Origin: Ignavibacteriota bacterium
GTDB taxonomy: Bacteria > Bacteroidota > Ignavibacteria > UBA10030
Assembly (NCBI GenBank): GCA_963701295.1
Contig: OY969585.1
Coordinates: forward strand, 2,144,001 to 2,208,000
Length of the DNA stretch: 64,000 nt
Direction: 5' to 3'
Below the pieces are notes generated by a model that saw nothing but the letters and a program-made list of their open reading frames with translations, was not told where the DNA came from and searched no databases. How positions within the stretch are numbered: position 1 is the first letter of the stretch; every line of letters starts with the position of its first letter. Positions 10,867-22,400 of the stretch are shown here, in pieces. Both the position numbers and the translations under genes were made by a program.

Positions 10867-12366
10867 TTACCGAACAGACGGCCTGAACAGCAAATCTAAC
10901 GAGTTGAATGCTCCAAACGGAAGCACTGGGTCGATCTTTCCATTCCCGCCTTTATAAAGGGGAGCGGACAGCTTCGGCAGAGCGCTGACATTGACCAATG
11001 GAACATTCATCCCAAAGGAAGCATTGATCACTTTGATATATTCGTTTGCCACAATACCATAGCCGCGATCCGACGGATGTATGCCATCTAAGCTGAATAT
11101 ATCGCCCGAAATATAATCGGCAGTATATTTCTCACTGGTAATAACGAGGCCGTTCGCTTTTACATTATTAAAAAAGCCGTTGAAATCTACGATTGCGGCA
11201 CCGTGAGTGGCTGCAACAGAGGCGATAATACTGTTAAAATTATTTACCGCATTTGTCGCCGAAGCAATTTCATCAGCATCGAGAATCAAAGCATCTGGCC
11301 ATGGATTTTGAGGATGAAAACCGAACGGTTTGGTTGTATCAAGAGTAGCTCCTTGTGCCGCTAATACCGCCGCAAGTGGGACTCCTAATGAAACTGCAGC
11401 ATCACGCCAGAATTGACCGGTTGGCATGCCTAATAAAGCAGTATATGCTTGTCCTTTTAATGTTACTAAAGGCGCATTCGCTTCAGTCAATTTTGTAGAA
11501 TCAAAATCCATTCCGGTTACACCATGTCTTTGATAGCGTAAGTAATATGGCGCCGGAATGTGTGGTGCAAGAAGAGGATTTACAGTTGTGAAGAATGGGA
11601 CAGAAGTAACATTTGGAATATTCCCCACAACGATTTTTGCGTTCGGCAAGGTCTGACGCAATGCATCAAGTGCTTGTCCGTAAAGGTAGCCAAATGTTGT
11701 TGGATCAGTCGGTGCATTTGGAGAAGTACCGCCGGTAATAGCGAATCCTAATACATCATTCGCTCCAAGCCAGAAGGTTACAAGGTCTGGATGTAACGCT
11801 ACTGCTTGAATGAATACACTTTTTGGAAATGGCGAACTTGGGTTATCCCAACGTAAGATGGCTTTGCTCCCTAGAGGAGGCGATTGAAATTTTCCAGTTG
11901 TATCCATAAATCCTGCAAGCGGTATTCCAGGAATTCCTAAATTATCATAAGGCCTTAAAACGGTTCCGGCGTTTTCAGGTGCAGCAGCGGTCAATGCTTC
12001 TCCAATCGGCCCAATCTCAGGAGTTGTTCCTGACCAGCCGTAAATAATATATCGGGAAGCTTTTCCTGTTGATGGATCTGGTATACCCGGGTCTGGCCAG
12101 TATGGTTGTTCGAATGTCCCTATGTTCGCCCCGGCTTTAGTTAATTGTTGAGCAATGAGGTTCGGGTAACTATACAGCTGTGCTGATTTATATAATCCGG
12201 CGGACTGATATCCTGCTGTTAAGCTGTTTCCGACGGATACATATTTTGTTACTGTCGAATTGCCGAGGCCGATAACAGGCCCTGTTGGCGCCGAGTCCGT
12301 GCAGCCGTTCAGGAGCGCGGTAATCAACGCAGCGAGAGTGATGAAAAAAACTATATATTGTTTCAT
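10867..12366 (-). CDS. SGNH/GDSL hydrolase lipoprotein
   Basis: Lipobox LNGC, GNSLTAG, LGANDVL, SLDGIHP. Confidence 0.9.
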   Translation of the reverse strand: MKQYIVFFITLAALITALLNGCTDSAPTGPVIGLGNSTVTKYVSVGNSLTAGYQSAGLYKSAQLYSYPNLIAQQLTKAGANIGTFEQPYWPDPGIPDPSTGKASRYIIYGWSGTTPEIGPIGEALTAAAPENAGTVLRPYDNLGIPGIPLAGFMDTTGKFQSPPLGSKAILRWDNPSSPFPKSVFIQAVALHPDLVTFWLGANDVLGFAITGGTSPNAPTDPTTFGYLYGQALDALRQTLPNAKIVVGNIPNVTSVPFFTTVNPLLAPHIPAPYYLRYQRHGVTGMDFDSTKLTEANAPLVTLKGQAYTALLGMPTGQFWRDAAVSLGVPLAAVLAAQGATLDTTKPFGFHPQNPWPDALILDADEIASATNAVNNFNSIIASVAATHGAAIVDFNGFFNNVKANGLVITSEKYTADYISGDIFSLDGIHPSDRGYGIVANEYIKVINASFGMNVPLVNVSALPKLSAPLYKGGNGKIDPVLPFGAFNSLDLLFRPSVR

Positions 12367-12414
12367 TGTCTATCTCCAATTCATTTGTTTGATGGATGCA
12401 TAATGGTTGTCATC

Positions 12415-13641
12415 TTAGAAAGTGTAACCAATGTCGATACCGATAAGCGTTGCCGTCATATTGTAAGTACCATCGAAGGCGATAACGGTATTCTGAACAG
12501 TTCGTTGGTCAAACTTCAGGAAGAGGTAAGATGCATCCACTCTCCATCGCTCGCAAATTTTATATCCGATGCCGATGTTATACCCATTCCGGTTGGCATC
12601 TGGAAGCATGGGATCTACGTACTCTGTCAATACGGGCGAATGGTCATAGAGATATCCGGCTCGTAATTGAATATCACCCATGGTGTATTCTGCGCCCAAC
12701 CGCAAAATATATGTGTCCTGATAATCTTTTACCATAACTTCATTTTTCGTTGGGTCCGCCTTGAATCCGATCGCTAATTCTTTATAAGACGACCAGCCGA
12801 CATATTGATAATCAGCTTCGACTTCGAGATTTTTCATGGCTTTGTACGCAATCCCTGCGTATCCTGTTGCCGGTAATGTAATTGTGGCAGTGGCATCGCC
12901 ATTAGGAAGTGCTAATACTGTATAGTTTGGATCAAATTTTGCAGAACCACTTGCATCAAGCTTAACAGAACTGCGGTAAGAGAGGCCTAATGACAAATCT
13001 GGAATGAACTTATAAATGAGTCCGGCATTGAAGCCGACGCCGGTTGCGCTCAAATCGAGATTGACGATTGGAAGATTTCCATTAAATGGAATTGAAGTTC
13101 CATTCTTCATTGTGACTTTACCGGTCACATAATTAAGTCCGGCGCCTACCGAGAGTTGTTCATTAACTTTATAAGCGATTGTAGGTGTGATGAAGTAACT
13201 TGTAAGGTCAATCTTTTGTGTGATGTTGTACTCGTCAGCCCAGTTTGCAGGCCATTCTGTCCCTAACCCATATGGATTATTCACTCCCAGGCCGAAATGA
13301 ATATTATCGTTTAGTTCGTAAGTCCCGTAAATATTAATAGGAGTGAATGTTTGATCCACCATTTTTGTCTCATCGTTGAGTGAAAGATTTGACGGGCCGT
13401 AAAAAGCTATCTTGGGCATAATAAATGTCGTTCCAAGGTATACTGATGAACCCTGAAAACCCAATCCAGCCGGATTGAAATAAATTGCTGATGGGTCGTC
13501 AGCTCTGGCAGCGAATGCGCCTCCTTGAGCCACTGCGCGTGCACCATGCTCATTTAATTGAAAGCCTCCACCTAAAGCGATACAAACTACCAACATAGAA
13601 AGGACAATAGTCCCCAATAGATGTTGAGAATAAAGTCTCAA
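12415..13641 (-). CDS. FadL/OmpP1-family outer-membrane transporter
   Basis: GGFQLNEHGA, DDPSAIYFNPAG, C-terminal YTF; TTG start. Confidence 0.92.
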   Translation of the reverse strand: MRLYSQHLLGTIVLSMLVVCIALGGGFQLNEHGARAVAQGGAFAARADDPSAIYFNPAGLGFQGSSVYLGTTFIMPKIAFYGPSNLSLNDETKMVDQTFTPINIYGTYELNDNIHFGLGVNNPYGLGTEWPANWADEYNITQKIDLTSYFITPTIAYKVNEQLSVGAGLNYVTGKVTMKNGTSIPFNGNLPIVNLDLSATGVGFNAGLIYKFIPDLSLGLSYRSSVKLDASGSAKFDPNYTVLALPNGDATATITLPATGYAGIAYKAMKNLEVEADYQYVGWSSYKELAIGFKADPTKNEVMVKDYQDTYILRLGAEYTMGDIQLRAGYLYDHSPVLTEYVDPMLPDANRNGYNIGIGYKICERWRVDASYLFLKFDQRTVQNTVIAFDGTYNMTATLIGIDIGYTF

Positions 13642-13729
13642 AGCGACCTCCTCAAGTGATGTGAATGGTTTGTGGTTTGATGTAAAGTAAAATTGAGAAA
13701 AACTGTTTACAATGTATTAGAACGAAAGC

Positions 13730-13758
13730 AGTATAATAAATGAATCTATAAGAAGCAA
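13730..13758 (-). promoter_or_regulatory. Sigma70-like promoter for fadL-GDSL
   Basis: Minus strand TTGCTT-N17-TATACT. Confidence 0.55.
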
Positions 13759-13926
13759 TCTTCAGAAGAAAAATGTACGAACCTACGTGCTTGCCACGAC
13801 TTTTCGAAGGAGTTGCCGAAAGACGATAGAAGGATGTCCCGTTTGGCAGTATGGCTTCGTCCCATGAAGGGACGACGAGATAGTGTTTCTCGCCGTTTTG
13901 TGGAAATAATGGCAAAGATTTTGACC

Positions 13927-13953
13927 AAAAAAAAGCCTCCTAGTGGGAGGCTT
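13927..13953 (-). terminator. Intrinsic terminator of rplU-rpmA
   Basis: Stem AAGCCTCC/GGAGGCTT followed by a T run on the minus strand. Confidence 0.85.
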
Positions 13954-13977
13954 CTTCAATAACTTATATTTTATGCA

Positions 13978-14235
13978 TTATTCAGGTTGTATGATGCTTA
14001 TGCGTTGTTTTGTTTTACCGAAGCGCTCGAATTTTACAACACCGGTAGCAAGCGCAAAAAGTGTGTCATCGCTGCCAATACCAACATTGATACCGGGATG
14101 AAATTTTGTCCCCCGCTGGCGTACAAGAATATTTCCTGCAAGTACTAGTTGACCACCGAAGCGTTTCACTCCGAGGCGTTGAGCATTACTATCGCGGCCG
14201 TTCTTGGAACTTCCACCGCCTTTTTTATGAGCCAT
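13978..14235 (-). CDS. rpmA: 50S ribosomal protein L27
   Basis: [16 protein letters not shown]...[10 protein letters not shown]. Confidence 0.99.
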   Translation of the reverse strand: MAHKKGGGSSKNGRDSNAQRLGVKRFGGQLVLAGNILVRQRGTKFHPGINVGIGSDDTLFALATGVVKFERFGKTKQRISIIQPE

Positions 14236-14249
14236 ACAACCTCTCCTGT

Positions 14250-14558
14250 TTAAGCAAGATTTGTTATTTCAATTTCCGTATACTGCTGGCGATGTCCATT
14301 ACGAACTCTGTAGCCTTTCCGTTTTTTCTTCTTGAGCACGATCACCGTCTCATCTTTGACATGTCGCACCACTTTTGCTTCGACAAAAGCTCCTTGAACG
14401 TATGGACTGCCAACACTGGCTTTCTTTTCATCTCCAGTCAAAATGACTTTATTAAACTTTATTATCGAACCGATTTCTGATGATATTTTTGGTACAAATA
14501 CTTTATCCGATGGGGAGACCTTCACTTGTGTTCCTGCAATTTCTACGATTGCGTACAT
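14250..14558 (-). CDS. rplU: 50S ribosomal protein L21
   Basis: MYAIVEIAG...KKRKGY...GHRQ. Confidence 0.98.
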   Translation of the reverse strand: MYAIVEIAGTQVKVSPSDKVFVPKISSEIGSIIKFNKVILTGDEKKASVGSPYVQGAFVEAKVVRHVKDETVIVLKKKKRKGYRVRNGHRQQYTEIEITNLA

Positions 14559-14731
14559 TGTTTTCCTCAATTCCTAAGACCAGTTATAAATTAATATAAT
14601 AAAGTACTGAAAAAGTGTTAGAGAGTCAACGAGTTTCCCCGGAAAAAAATCAAATTTTCATTAAATATCTCGTATAAAGAGGTCGGAAATATGAGATCCG
14701 CAGCGGTTTTTTCTGGTTCTCATGAATTCAT

Positions 14732-15583
14732 TCAATCATTGTCTGATGTCAACTTTGTTTCAAGAACCTGTCGTACCTGATCCAAAGGCATATCCTTTTC
14801 TGTCCAGAGTTGAAATGCTGCTGCTCCTTGACGAAGGAACATTTCCAGGCCATCGATGGTTCTAGCGCCTACAGCCTGAGCTTCGCTCAGAAGACGAGTT
14901 CTCAGTGGACGATAGACGAGGTCGAAGATAATATGCTGATTTGATAGCCAGTGTGGATTGGGAATGGGGCATTCATGAACATGGGGGAACATTCCGACGG
15001 TGGTGGCGTTTACAAGAAGCGTGCAGTTCTTGATTGCAGGCTCGAGAGCTACATCAGTGAACGGTACTACGTTGAGTTTCACCTTACACTTCCCAACGCT
15101 TTCGATGATCGCATAAGCTTGTTCAGGGTAGAGAGCAGCGAATGTGATTTCCTCAGGTTGAAAGCCGTGGATGAGTACATGTACCACGGAACGAGCGGCT
15201 CCACCAGCACCCATAATTGTACATAGTTGTCCTTTGATTCTTGATCGATCAAGATGAAGTGCTCGTTCGATGCCAATAACGTCTGTGTTAAATCCGACTA
15301 ATGTTTTGTTGCGACAAACAACGGTGTTCACAGCCCCGACTCTACGTGCTTCCGGAATAACTTCATCGATAAGAGGAATAATCGTTTCTTTATGCGGTGC
15401 GGTAATGTTAAACCCACCCCACCTCTGTTCCCTGAAGTGTTCAACCATCTGTTTCAAAGAAGCCGGTTCGATATCAAGTGCTTCATACTGACAATCCAAA
15501 CGGAGCAACTTGAATGCTGTGTTGTGCATCAGAGGGGAAAGAGAATGCCCGATGGGATGGCCAATAACTGCAAAGTGCTTCAT
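14732..15583 (-). CDS. aroE: Shikimate dehydrogenase
   Basis: GHPIGHSLSPLMHN, GAVNT, NTD, GAGGAA, DGLEMF. Confidence 0.95.
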   Translation of the reverse strand: MKHFAVIGHPIGHSLSPLMHNTAFKLLRLDCQYEALDIEPASLKQMVEHFREQRWGGFNITAPHKETIIPLIDEVIPEARRVGAVNTVVCRNKTLVGFNTDVIGIERALHLDRSRIKGQLCTIMGAGGAARSVVHVLIHGFQPEEITFAALYPEQAYAIIESVGKCKVKLNVVPFTDVALEPAIKNCTLLVNATTVGMFPHVHECPIPNPHWLSNQHIIFDLVYRPLRTRLLSEAQAVGARTIDGLEMFLRQGAAAFQLWTEKDMPLDQVRQVLETKLTSDND

Positions 15584-15649
15584 TGTTGAATGTCCTCAGT
15601 GGATCGAAATACAAAAACCATAGAAATCAGCTGAGATGTGGAAAGAATG

Positions 15650-17068
15650 CTACTGTTTCCCCAAGAGATGCACAAACAGCCGATCATTGGTGAGATTCGG
15701 GAAGAATTGTTTAAATTCTTTTTTCAACTCTGGAACCAGATTGAAAGCAATGAAAAACTCGTTTGATGCCTCTTCCTTTAAATTCATTGAAATCAGTACT
15801 TTTCCGCGGCTAAAATATGCTGGTGCAAATTTTGGATCGAGTTTCGTGCATTCTCGTAAAGCTGTTAATGCTTCGGAATACATTTCTTTCTCACCTAAAG
15901 TGTCACCTAGATCGAACCAAATTTCGGAGTCTTTCGGATCCAAAGTGACAACTTTCCTGTAACACTCGATACATTCGTCGATTCTTCCAAGATTGTAAAG
16001 AGCATCACCGCAAGCGTACCAATATTCGGCATACTCTGGATGAATATCTGTCGCTTTTTTGTATGCAGTATATGCCTGCTCGGTGTGGCCCATCGCATCA
16101 TGACAGCATCCAATACCGAAAAAGGATTCATGATGCTGGCTGTCAATTTCGATAGCAGATGAATAACAAGAAAGTGCCTCATAGAAATCGTTTAGTTCTT
16201 CGTAGGCATTTCCAAGATTATGTAGGGCTGCGACATCTTCTGATTCATAGGTCAATGTTGTTTTAAAGCAGCGAATTGCATCCTGGAGTCGCCCCAGATT
16301 CGCATATGCATTGCCCATGTTGAACCAAGCTGCCGAGAAGTCTTCCTTGATTGCAAGAGAATATTCATAGCTCTCGATAGCTTTCGTAAATTGCCCGACT
16401 CTGTTATGGACAATGCCTTTGTTATACCATGCATTATAATTATATGGATCGCGGTTGAGGTGCTCATCATAGCAACGGATGGACTCGGCAGGTTTGTCAA
16501 GGTAATCGTAACAATAACCGAGTTCGTACCAAGCATCGATATGTTCCGGGTCAATCTGAAGAACGTGATGGAATATAGATTCAGCCTCCACAAAACGTTC
16601 TAGTTTTTCAAGAGTTATACCTTTGTGCAACAAGGCGTCTTCGTGGGACGAGTCGAGTTCGAGAGCTTTATCGAATGATGCCATCGATTCTGTAATTCGA
16701 TTCAAATTGTCTAATGTAATACCCCTATTGATGTATGCCTCAGGATCCGTAGGATTGAGGCCCAAAGCCTTATCGAAACAATCGAGTGCTTCATTGTATC
16801 GAAAGAGGTTGTTAAGAATCATTCCCTTCCGTTGCCATGCATCTGCATTAAACGGTTCAAACGAGAGAAGCCGATCGGCATATGTCAATGCCTCTTCAAA
16901 CTTCTCGTATTCAAAATAGAATTGGATGATTTCTTCCAACGCCTCCGGATTATTGATGTCCTTACCGCCATTTCGCAGTGTCTCGCGGAATCGTCGTACA
17001 TCATCCTCCGAGCGCTTATTCGGTTTCGGACCAATATTATCATCATTATTACGATTAAAATCTGGCAC
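15650..17068 (-). CDS. Tetratricopeptide-repeat protein
   Basis: Many 34-aa W..xG..Y...A..P repeats. Confidence 0.92.
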   Translation of the reverse strand: MPDFNRNNDDNIGPKPNKRSEDDVRRFRETLRNGGKDINNPEALEEIIQFYFEYEKFEEALTYADRLLSFEPFNADAWQRKGMILNNLFRYNEALDCFDKALGLNPTDPEAYINRGITLDNLNRITESMASFDKALELDSSHEDALLHKGITLEKLERFVEAESIFHHVLQIDPEHIDAWYELGYCYDYLDKPAESIRCYDEHLNRDPYNYNAWYNKGIVHNRVGQFTKAIESYEYSLAIKEDFSAAWFNMGNAYANLGRLQDAIRCFKTTLTYESEDVAALHNLGNAYEELNDFYEALSCYSSAIEIDSQHHESFFGIGCCHDAMGHTEQAYTAYKKATDIHPEYAEYWYACGDALYNLGRIDECIECYRKVVTLDPKDSEIWFDLGDTLGEKEMYSEALTALRECTKLDPKFAPAYFSRGKVLISMNLKEEASNEFFIAFNLVPELKKEFKQFFPNLTNDRLFVHLLGKQ

Positions 17069-17211
17069 TGCTTACTCCACCATTAATACATCCTCTTTCA
17101 ATAAAAGAAATAAACGAATGGAAGTCAAGGAATGCAAAAAGCTCTTTTAATCGATATTTCTATTTGATTTTAGCGATGAGTTGGAGTATATTAATCTCTT
17201 GCTGAAACTGA

Positions 17212-17910
17212 ATGATTGCTGAAAATCTCAAAAATCTGCGAAAACACATCGAACAGACCTGTCAAAAGTGTGGACGTCGATCAGAGGATGTCCAGCTTGT
17301 CGCAGTATCTAAGACATTTCCGGCAGAAGCTGTTCAGGAAGCCGTTAGTGCCGGACATATTGATTTCGGTGAGAATTACGTTCAGGAATTGCAGGAAAAA
17401 CGCCAGGTGTTGGCAAAGCATCCGCTTCACTGGCATTTCATCGGTCATCTGCAATCAAACAAAGCCAAATACATTGCTGAGTATATTCATCTCATTCACT
17501 CGGTTGACGACATAAGTCTTGGCAAGGAAATCAGTAAGCGAGCTGAACGGTTCGGACGGGTTCAGGATGTTTTGGTGGAAGTCCGTACAACGGATGAAGC
17601 GACAAAATATGGTGTTCCACCAAAGCAAACAATCGCACTGCTGAAGGAATTGTCGCAGCTTCAATATCTTCAGGTTTGCGGATTGATGACGATGGGACCT
17701 TTTTCGGATGACCCTAATGATTCTCGGCAATCCTTTCGGCAATTGGCGGAGTTGAAAAGAGAGATTGTATCTGAGGGAATTGAGAATGTCCAAATGCATC
17801 ACTTATCGATGGGTATGACGCACGACTTTGAAGTTGCCATAGAAGAAGGTTCCACGATTGTCCGGATAGGAACAGCAATATTTGGCAGACGTGTAAAGAA
17901 CGTGAATTGA
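17212..17910 (+). CDS. yggS: PLP homeostasis protein YggS
   Basis: LVAVSKT, FGENYVQE, WHFIGHLQSNK, LSMGM, VRIGTAIFG. Confidence 0.97.
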   Translation: MIAENLKNLRKHIEQTCQKCGRRSEDVQLVAVSKTFPAEAVQEAVSAGHIDFGENYVQELQEKRQVLAKHPLHWHFIGHLQSNKAKYIAEYIHLIHSVDDISLGKEISKRAERFGRVQDVLVEVRTTDEATKYGVPPKQTIALLKELSQLQYLQVCGLMTMGPFSDDPNDSRQSFRQLAELKREIVSEGIENVQMHHLSMGMTHDFEVAIEEGSTIVRIGTAIFGRRVKNVN

Positions 17911-17921
17911 AAGGGACGACC

Positions 17922-18449
17922 ATGAAAATTACACCGTTGGAAATTAAGCGTCAACAATTCAAGAAGACTATGCGCGGGTATGATACCATTGAGGTAGAGA
18001 CATTTTTAGAAATGGTTTCCAATGAGCTGGAGGATCTCATTCACGAAAACAGAGAGCAGAAGGATAAAATTATTGAGTTGGAAACACAGCTTTCCGACTA
18101 TAAGAACATTGAACGATCACTCCAGCAGACATTTATGCAGGCACAGGAAACGAGCGGCAAGTCTATTGAGAACTCAAAACGTGAAGCTGAAATCATAGTG
18201 AAAGAAGCAGAAGTCAAGGCGTCGCAAATTGTGGAAAAGGCTCGTCTCGATTTTGCCCATGTGAAGGAAGAGATCTCGCAGCTCAAAGCGCGCAAGGAAA
18301 GTGTTCTGAGTAAATTGAAAGTGCTGCTTTCGTCTGAATTAAATTTGATACGCGCTCTTGATATCGATGAAGACGGGAATAAGAAAGATCCATCCAAAGG
18401 AACAGGGAAGGAACGTTTGGAAATAGATGAAATTCTAAAAAGACTGTAA
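17922..18449 (+). CDS. divIVA: DivIVA-domain coiled-coil protein
   Basis: MKITPLEIKRQQFKKTMRGYDTIEVETFL followed by a coiled coil. Confidence 0.88.
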   Translation: MKITPLEIKRQQFKKTMRGYDTIEVETFLEMVSNELEDLIHENREQKDKIIELETQLSDYKNIERSLQQTFMQAQETSGKSIENSKREAEIIVKEAEVKASQIVEKARLDFAHVKEEISQLKARKESVLSKLKVLLSSELNLIRALDIDEDGNKKDPSKGTGKERLEIDEILKRL

Positions 18450-18513
18450 TAAATAGAGGTAGATTCTCTGCGAAGTGATGATTCAAATTCTGTTCTGAAC
18501 ACACAAGAATAAC

Positions 18514-19341
18514 ATGACTGAATTACGACAAAAGATTAACGAAGCAATAAAGTTTATCCGATCCAAGACGGATACGAAACCCGGGATCGGTATTATTCTT
18601 GGTACTGGTCTTGGTGGATTAGTAAAAGAGATCAAGAAGGAAATTGTAATCGATTATGGAAAAATTCCGCATTTTCCTATTTCAACGGTCGAATCGCACC
18701 ATGGCAAATTGATTTTTGGAACGCTCTCCGGCAAGAAGATCGTAGCGATGCAGGGACGTTTCCATATGTATGAGGGATATAATCTGAAGCAAGTCACATT
18801 TCCTGTACGGGTCATGAAATTTCTCGGTGTGGAAAGTCTTCTTATATCGAATGCTGCCGGCGCACTGAATCCGCTTTTCAAAAAGGGTGATGTGATGATT
18901 ATGAGTGATCACATTAATTTGCTGGGTGACAATCCGCTGATTGGCCCGAATGATGATGAGCTTGGCCCACGTTTTCCGGATATGTCGGAGGCATACAGCA
19001 AAGAACTTATTGCTCTTGCTGAGCAGGCTGCTCTTGATTTGAAGATTCGAATACAAAAGGGTGTATACGTAGCAATGCCAGGGCCGAATCTGGAGACCAG
19101 GGCTGAGTACCGTTTCCTCCGGACAATCGGAGCGGATGCTGTCGGTATGTCCACGGTGCCGGAAGATATAGTAGCAGTGCACATGGGAATGAAGGTCCTA
19201 GGTTTTTCCATTCTCACAGATGAGTGCTTTCCAGATGCATTGAAGCCGGCGTTATTGGAAGAGATTCTTAAAGTCGCTATGAAAGCCGAACCAAAAATGA
19301 CAGCGATTATGAAAGAAGTTGTGAAGAGAATGCAAAAATAA
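18514..19341 (+). CDS. Purine nucleoside phosphorylase (trimeric PNP-I type)
   Basis: ILGTGLG, QGRFHMYEG, GPNLETRAE, DAVGMSTVPE. Confidence 0.95.
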   Translation: MTELRQKINEAIKFIRSKTDTKPGIGIILGTGLGGLVKEIKKEIVIDYGKIPHFPISTVESHHGKLIFGTLSGKKIVAMQGRFHMYEGYNLKQVTFPVRVMKFLGVESLLISNAAGALNPLFKKGDVMIMSDHINLLGDNPLIGPNDDELGPRFPDMSEAYSKELIALAEQAALDLKIRIQKGVYVAMPGPNLETRAEYRFLRTIGADAVGMSTVPEDIVAVHMGMKVLGFSILTDECFPDALKPALLEEILKVAMKAEPKMTAIMKEVVKRMQK

Positions 19342-19435
19342 AGATCGATTAGAAATAAGGGATTGGAATCGCTGGCATCTCATCATCTCATCGAAAATCA
19401 GCAAACCACACAATTACTCAATCGTAAATAAAAAG

Positions 19436-22400
19436 ATGTATAAGCAATTAACCGATAAAATAAATTTTCAAACACTTGAATCTGAAATCCTAAAGTCTTG
19501 GGAAGCGAACGGTATTTTCAAAAAGAGTATCTCGACACGCGAAGGAAAGCCCAAATTTTCTTTCTATGAAGGTCCGCCAACGGCAAACGGCCGCCCCGGC
19601 ATCCACCACGTTATGGCGCGGACACTGAAGGATATCATTTGCCGCTACAAGACGATGCAGGGTTTTCAAGTACAACGCAAGGCTGGATGGGACACACACG
19701 GTTTGCCCGTTGAGATCGAAGTCGAAAAATCGCTCGGCTTCAAATATAAAGACGATATCATTGCGTACGGAGTAGCGAAATTCAACGAAGAGTGTAAGAA
19801 ATCCGTTTGGAAGTACAAGGTTGACTGGGAAGAATTGACTCGTATGATGGGCTATTGGGTTGATCTTCAGCATCCGTATGTTACTTTCGACAATAACTAT
19901 ATCGAGTCCATTTGGTGGGCGTTGAAGCAGTACTTTGACAAGGGACTTATTTATAAGGGATTTAAGATTCAACCATACTGTCCGCGGTGTGAAACACCGT
20001 TGTCATCTCATGAGGTTTCGCTTGGTTATAAAGATGTCAAAGATCCATCAATCTATATCAAGTTGAAAGTCAAAGGGGAAGAGAATACATACTTCCTTGT
20101 ATGGACAACGACACCATGGACATTAATCTCAAACGTTGCCATTGCTGTTCATCCGGATGTCGACTATGTGAAGGTGGAACATAAGGGTGAAAAGTACATT
20201 CTCGCTCAAGCGCGTCTTTCTATCTTGGATGATGAATATGTGGTTCTCGAAGAGTTTAAAGGAGCTACACTTGCCGGCAAAGAATACGAACGGATGTTTT
20301 CGTACCATCCGGTAAAAGAAAAAGGTTGGTATGTTGTGCTTGCCGATTTTGTCACAACCGAAGATGGCTCCGGTATTGTCCATATGGCTCCAGCGTATGG
20401 CGAAGACGATTATCAGGTAGGACGTAAATACGGGTTACCCACAATTCATCCTGTGAACAAATCGGGAGCATTCAATTCTGAAGTAACGGATTTTGCTGGA
20501 ATGTTTGTGAAGGATGCCGATCTCGAAATCATTCAGAATCTTCGTCATCGCAATATTCTTTATAAGAAAGAACTGCATCTTCATAGTTATCCGCATTGCT
20601 GGCGATGCTCAGCACCGCTGTTGTACTATGCGCGCGAGTCGTGGTATATCCGTACAACAGATTACGCCAAACGGATGATTGAGCTGAATAAACAGATCAA
20701 CTGGATTCCACCGGACGTTGGCGCCGGTCGTTTCGGTAACTGGCTTGAAGAAAATAAAGATTGGGCGATTTCGAGAGACCGTTTCTGGGGAACACCGTTG
20801 CCTATTTGGCTTTGCGAGAAGTGCGGCAAACAAAAATGTGTCGGCAGTGTTGTGGAATTCCGGAAAGGCAAGAATGTGCCGGATCCGCTTGATCTTCATA
20901 AACCGTATGTCGATGGTGTCACATTCTCATGCGATTGCGGCGGCACCATGAATCGTACGCCTGAACTTATTGATGTCTGGTTCGATTCCGGTTCAATGCC
21001 GTTTGCGCAATGGCATTATCCGTTTGAGAATAAAGAAATTTTCGAGAAGGCATATCCCGCGGATTTCATTTCAGAAGGGATTGACCAAACACGCGGTTGG
21101 TTTTATACATTGCATTCCATCGGAACATTTTTATTCGATAAGCCGGCATACAAAAACGTGCTTGTCAATGAGCTTATTCTCGATAAGACCGGCCAGAAAA
21201 TGTCGAAGTCTAAAGGGAATACTGTTGACCCAATTGCGTTGATGAAGAAGTACGGTGCTGATACCGTGCGTTGGTATTTAGTCTCGCAAAGTCCGGTGTG
21301 GAGGACGACATTATTTGATGAAGAAGGTATCGGTGAAGTGCAGCGAAAATTCTTTAGTACATTGACAAACACATATTCTTTCTTCGCTCTCTATGCTAAT
21401 GTAGACAAATACGATAACACTGGACCCAAGATTCCGATCAACGAACGACAAGAGATCGATCAATGGATTCTATCGGAATTGAATACATTGGTAATGACAT
21501 ATCTCCAGTCGGTCGATGGATACGACGTGACGCGTGCCGCGCGCGCAGTGAGCGATTTCACGATCGACCAGCTTTCTAATTGGTATGTCCGCCGTAATCG
21601 CCGTCGTTTTTGGAAAAGCGAGAACGGAAAAGACAAAACTGCTGCGTACCAAACACTTCATGAATGTTTATTGACAATCAGCAAACTTATTGCCCCATTC
21701 GCGCCGTTCCTGGCTGATGAAATGTATCGAAACCTCGTAGTAGGAAACAAATCGATGTCGGAGTCTGTTCATTTGCAAGAAATGCCAAAAGCAGATGCAA
21801 ACGTAATTTATCCGGAGCTGGAGCATCGGATGGAATATGCAATCAAAATTGTGGGTCTTGTGCGTGCAATGCGAATGAAGTCAAATTTGAAGGTGCGTCA
21901 ACCGTTGCAGAAGATTATCGTACCATTCAAATCTGAAGCGGACCGGCATGAAATTGAACAGATGGAAGATGTCATTCTTGAAGAGATCAACGTCAAACAA
22001 ATCGAATACATTGCAGATGAGTCTACACTCATCAAGAAAAAATCTAAACCGAATTTTAAAACCTTGGGACCAAAATTTGGTAAATCGGTTCAGCCGATTG
22101 CAGCACGGCTGCGAGATCTGACATCTGAAGAAATGAGCAAGTTGCAATCGCAAGGTACATTGATGTTGAACGTCAGCGGAACAGAATACATCATCGACGC
22201 ATCCGATGTGGAAATTCTACACGAAGACATTCAAGGTTGGCTGGTAGAAACAGACGGACAGATCACCGTTGCGCTCGATACGGCTCTCACGGATGAACTC
22301 ATCGATGAAGGGCTTGCACGCGAGTTTGTAAATCGTGTACAAAATTTGCGGAAAGACTCAGGCTTTGAAGTCACCGACAGAATTCGAATTGCGCACGCTT

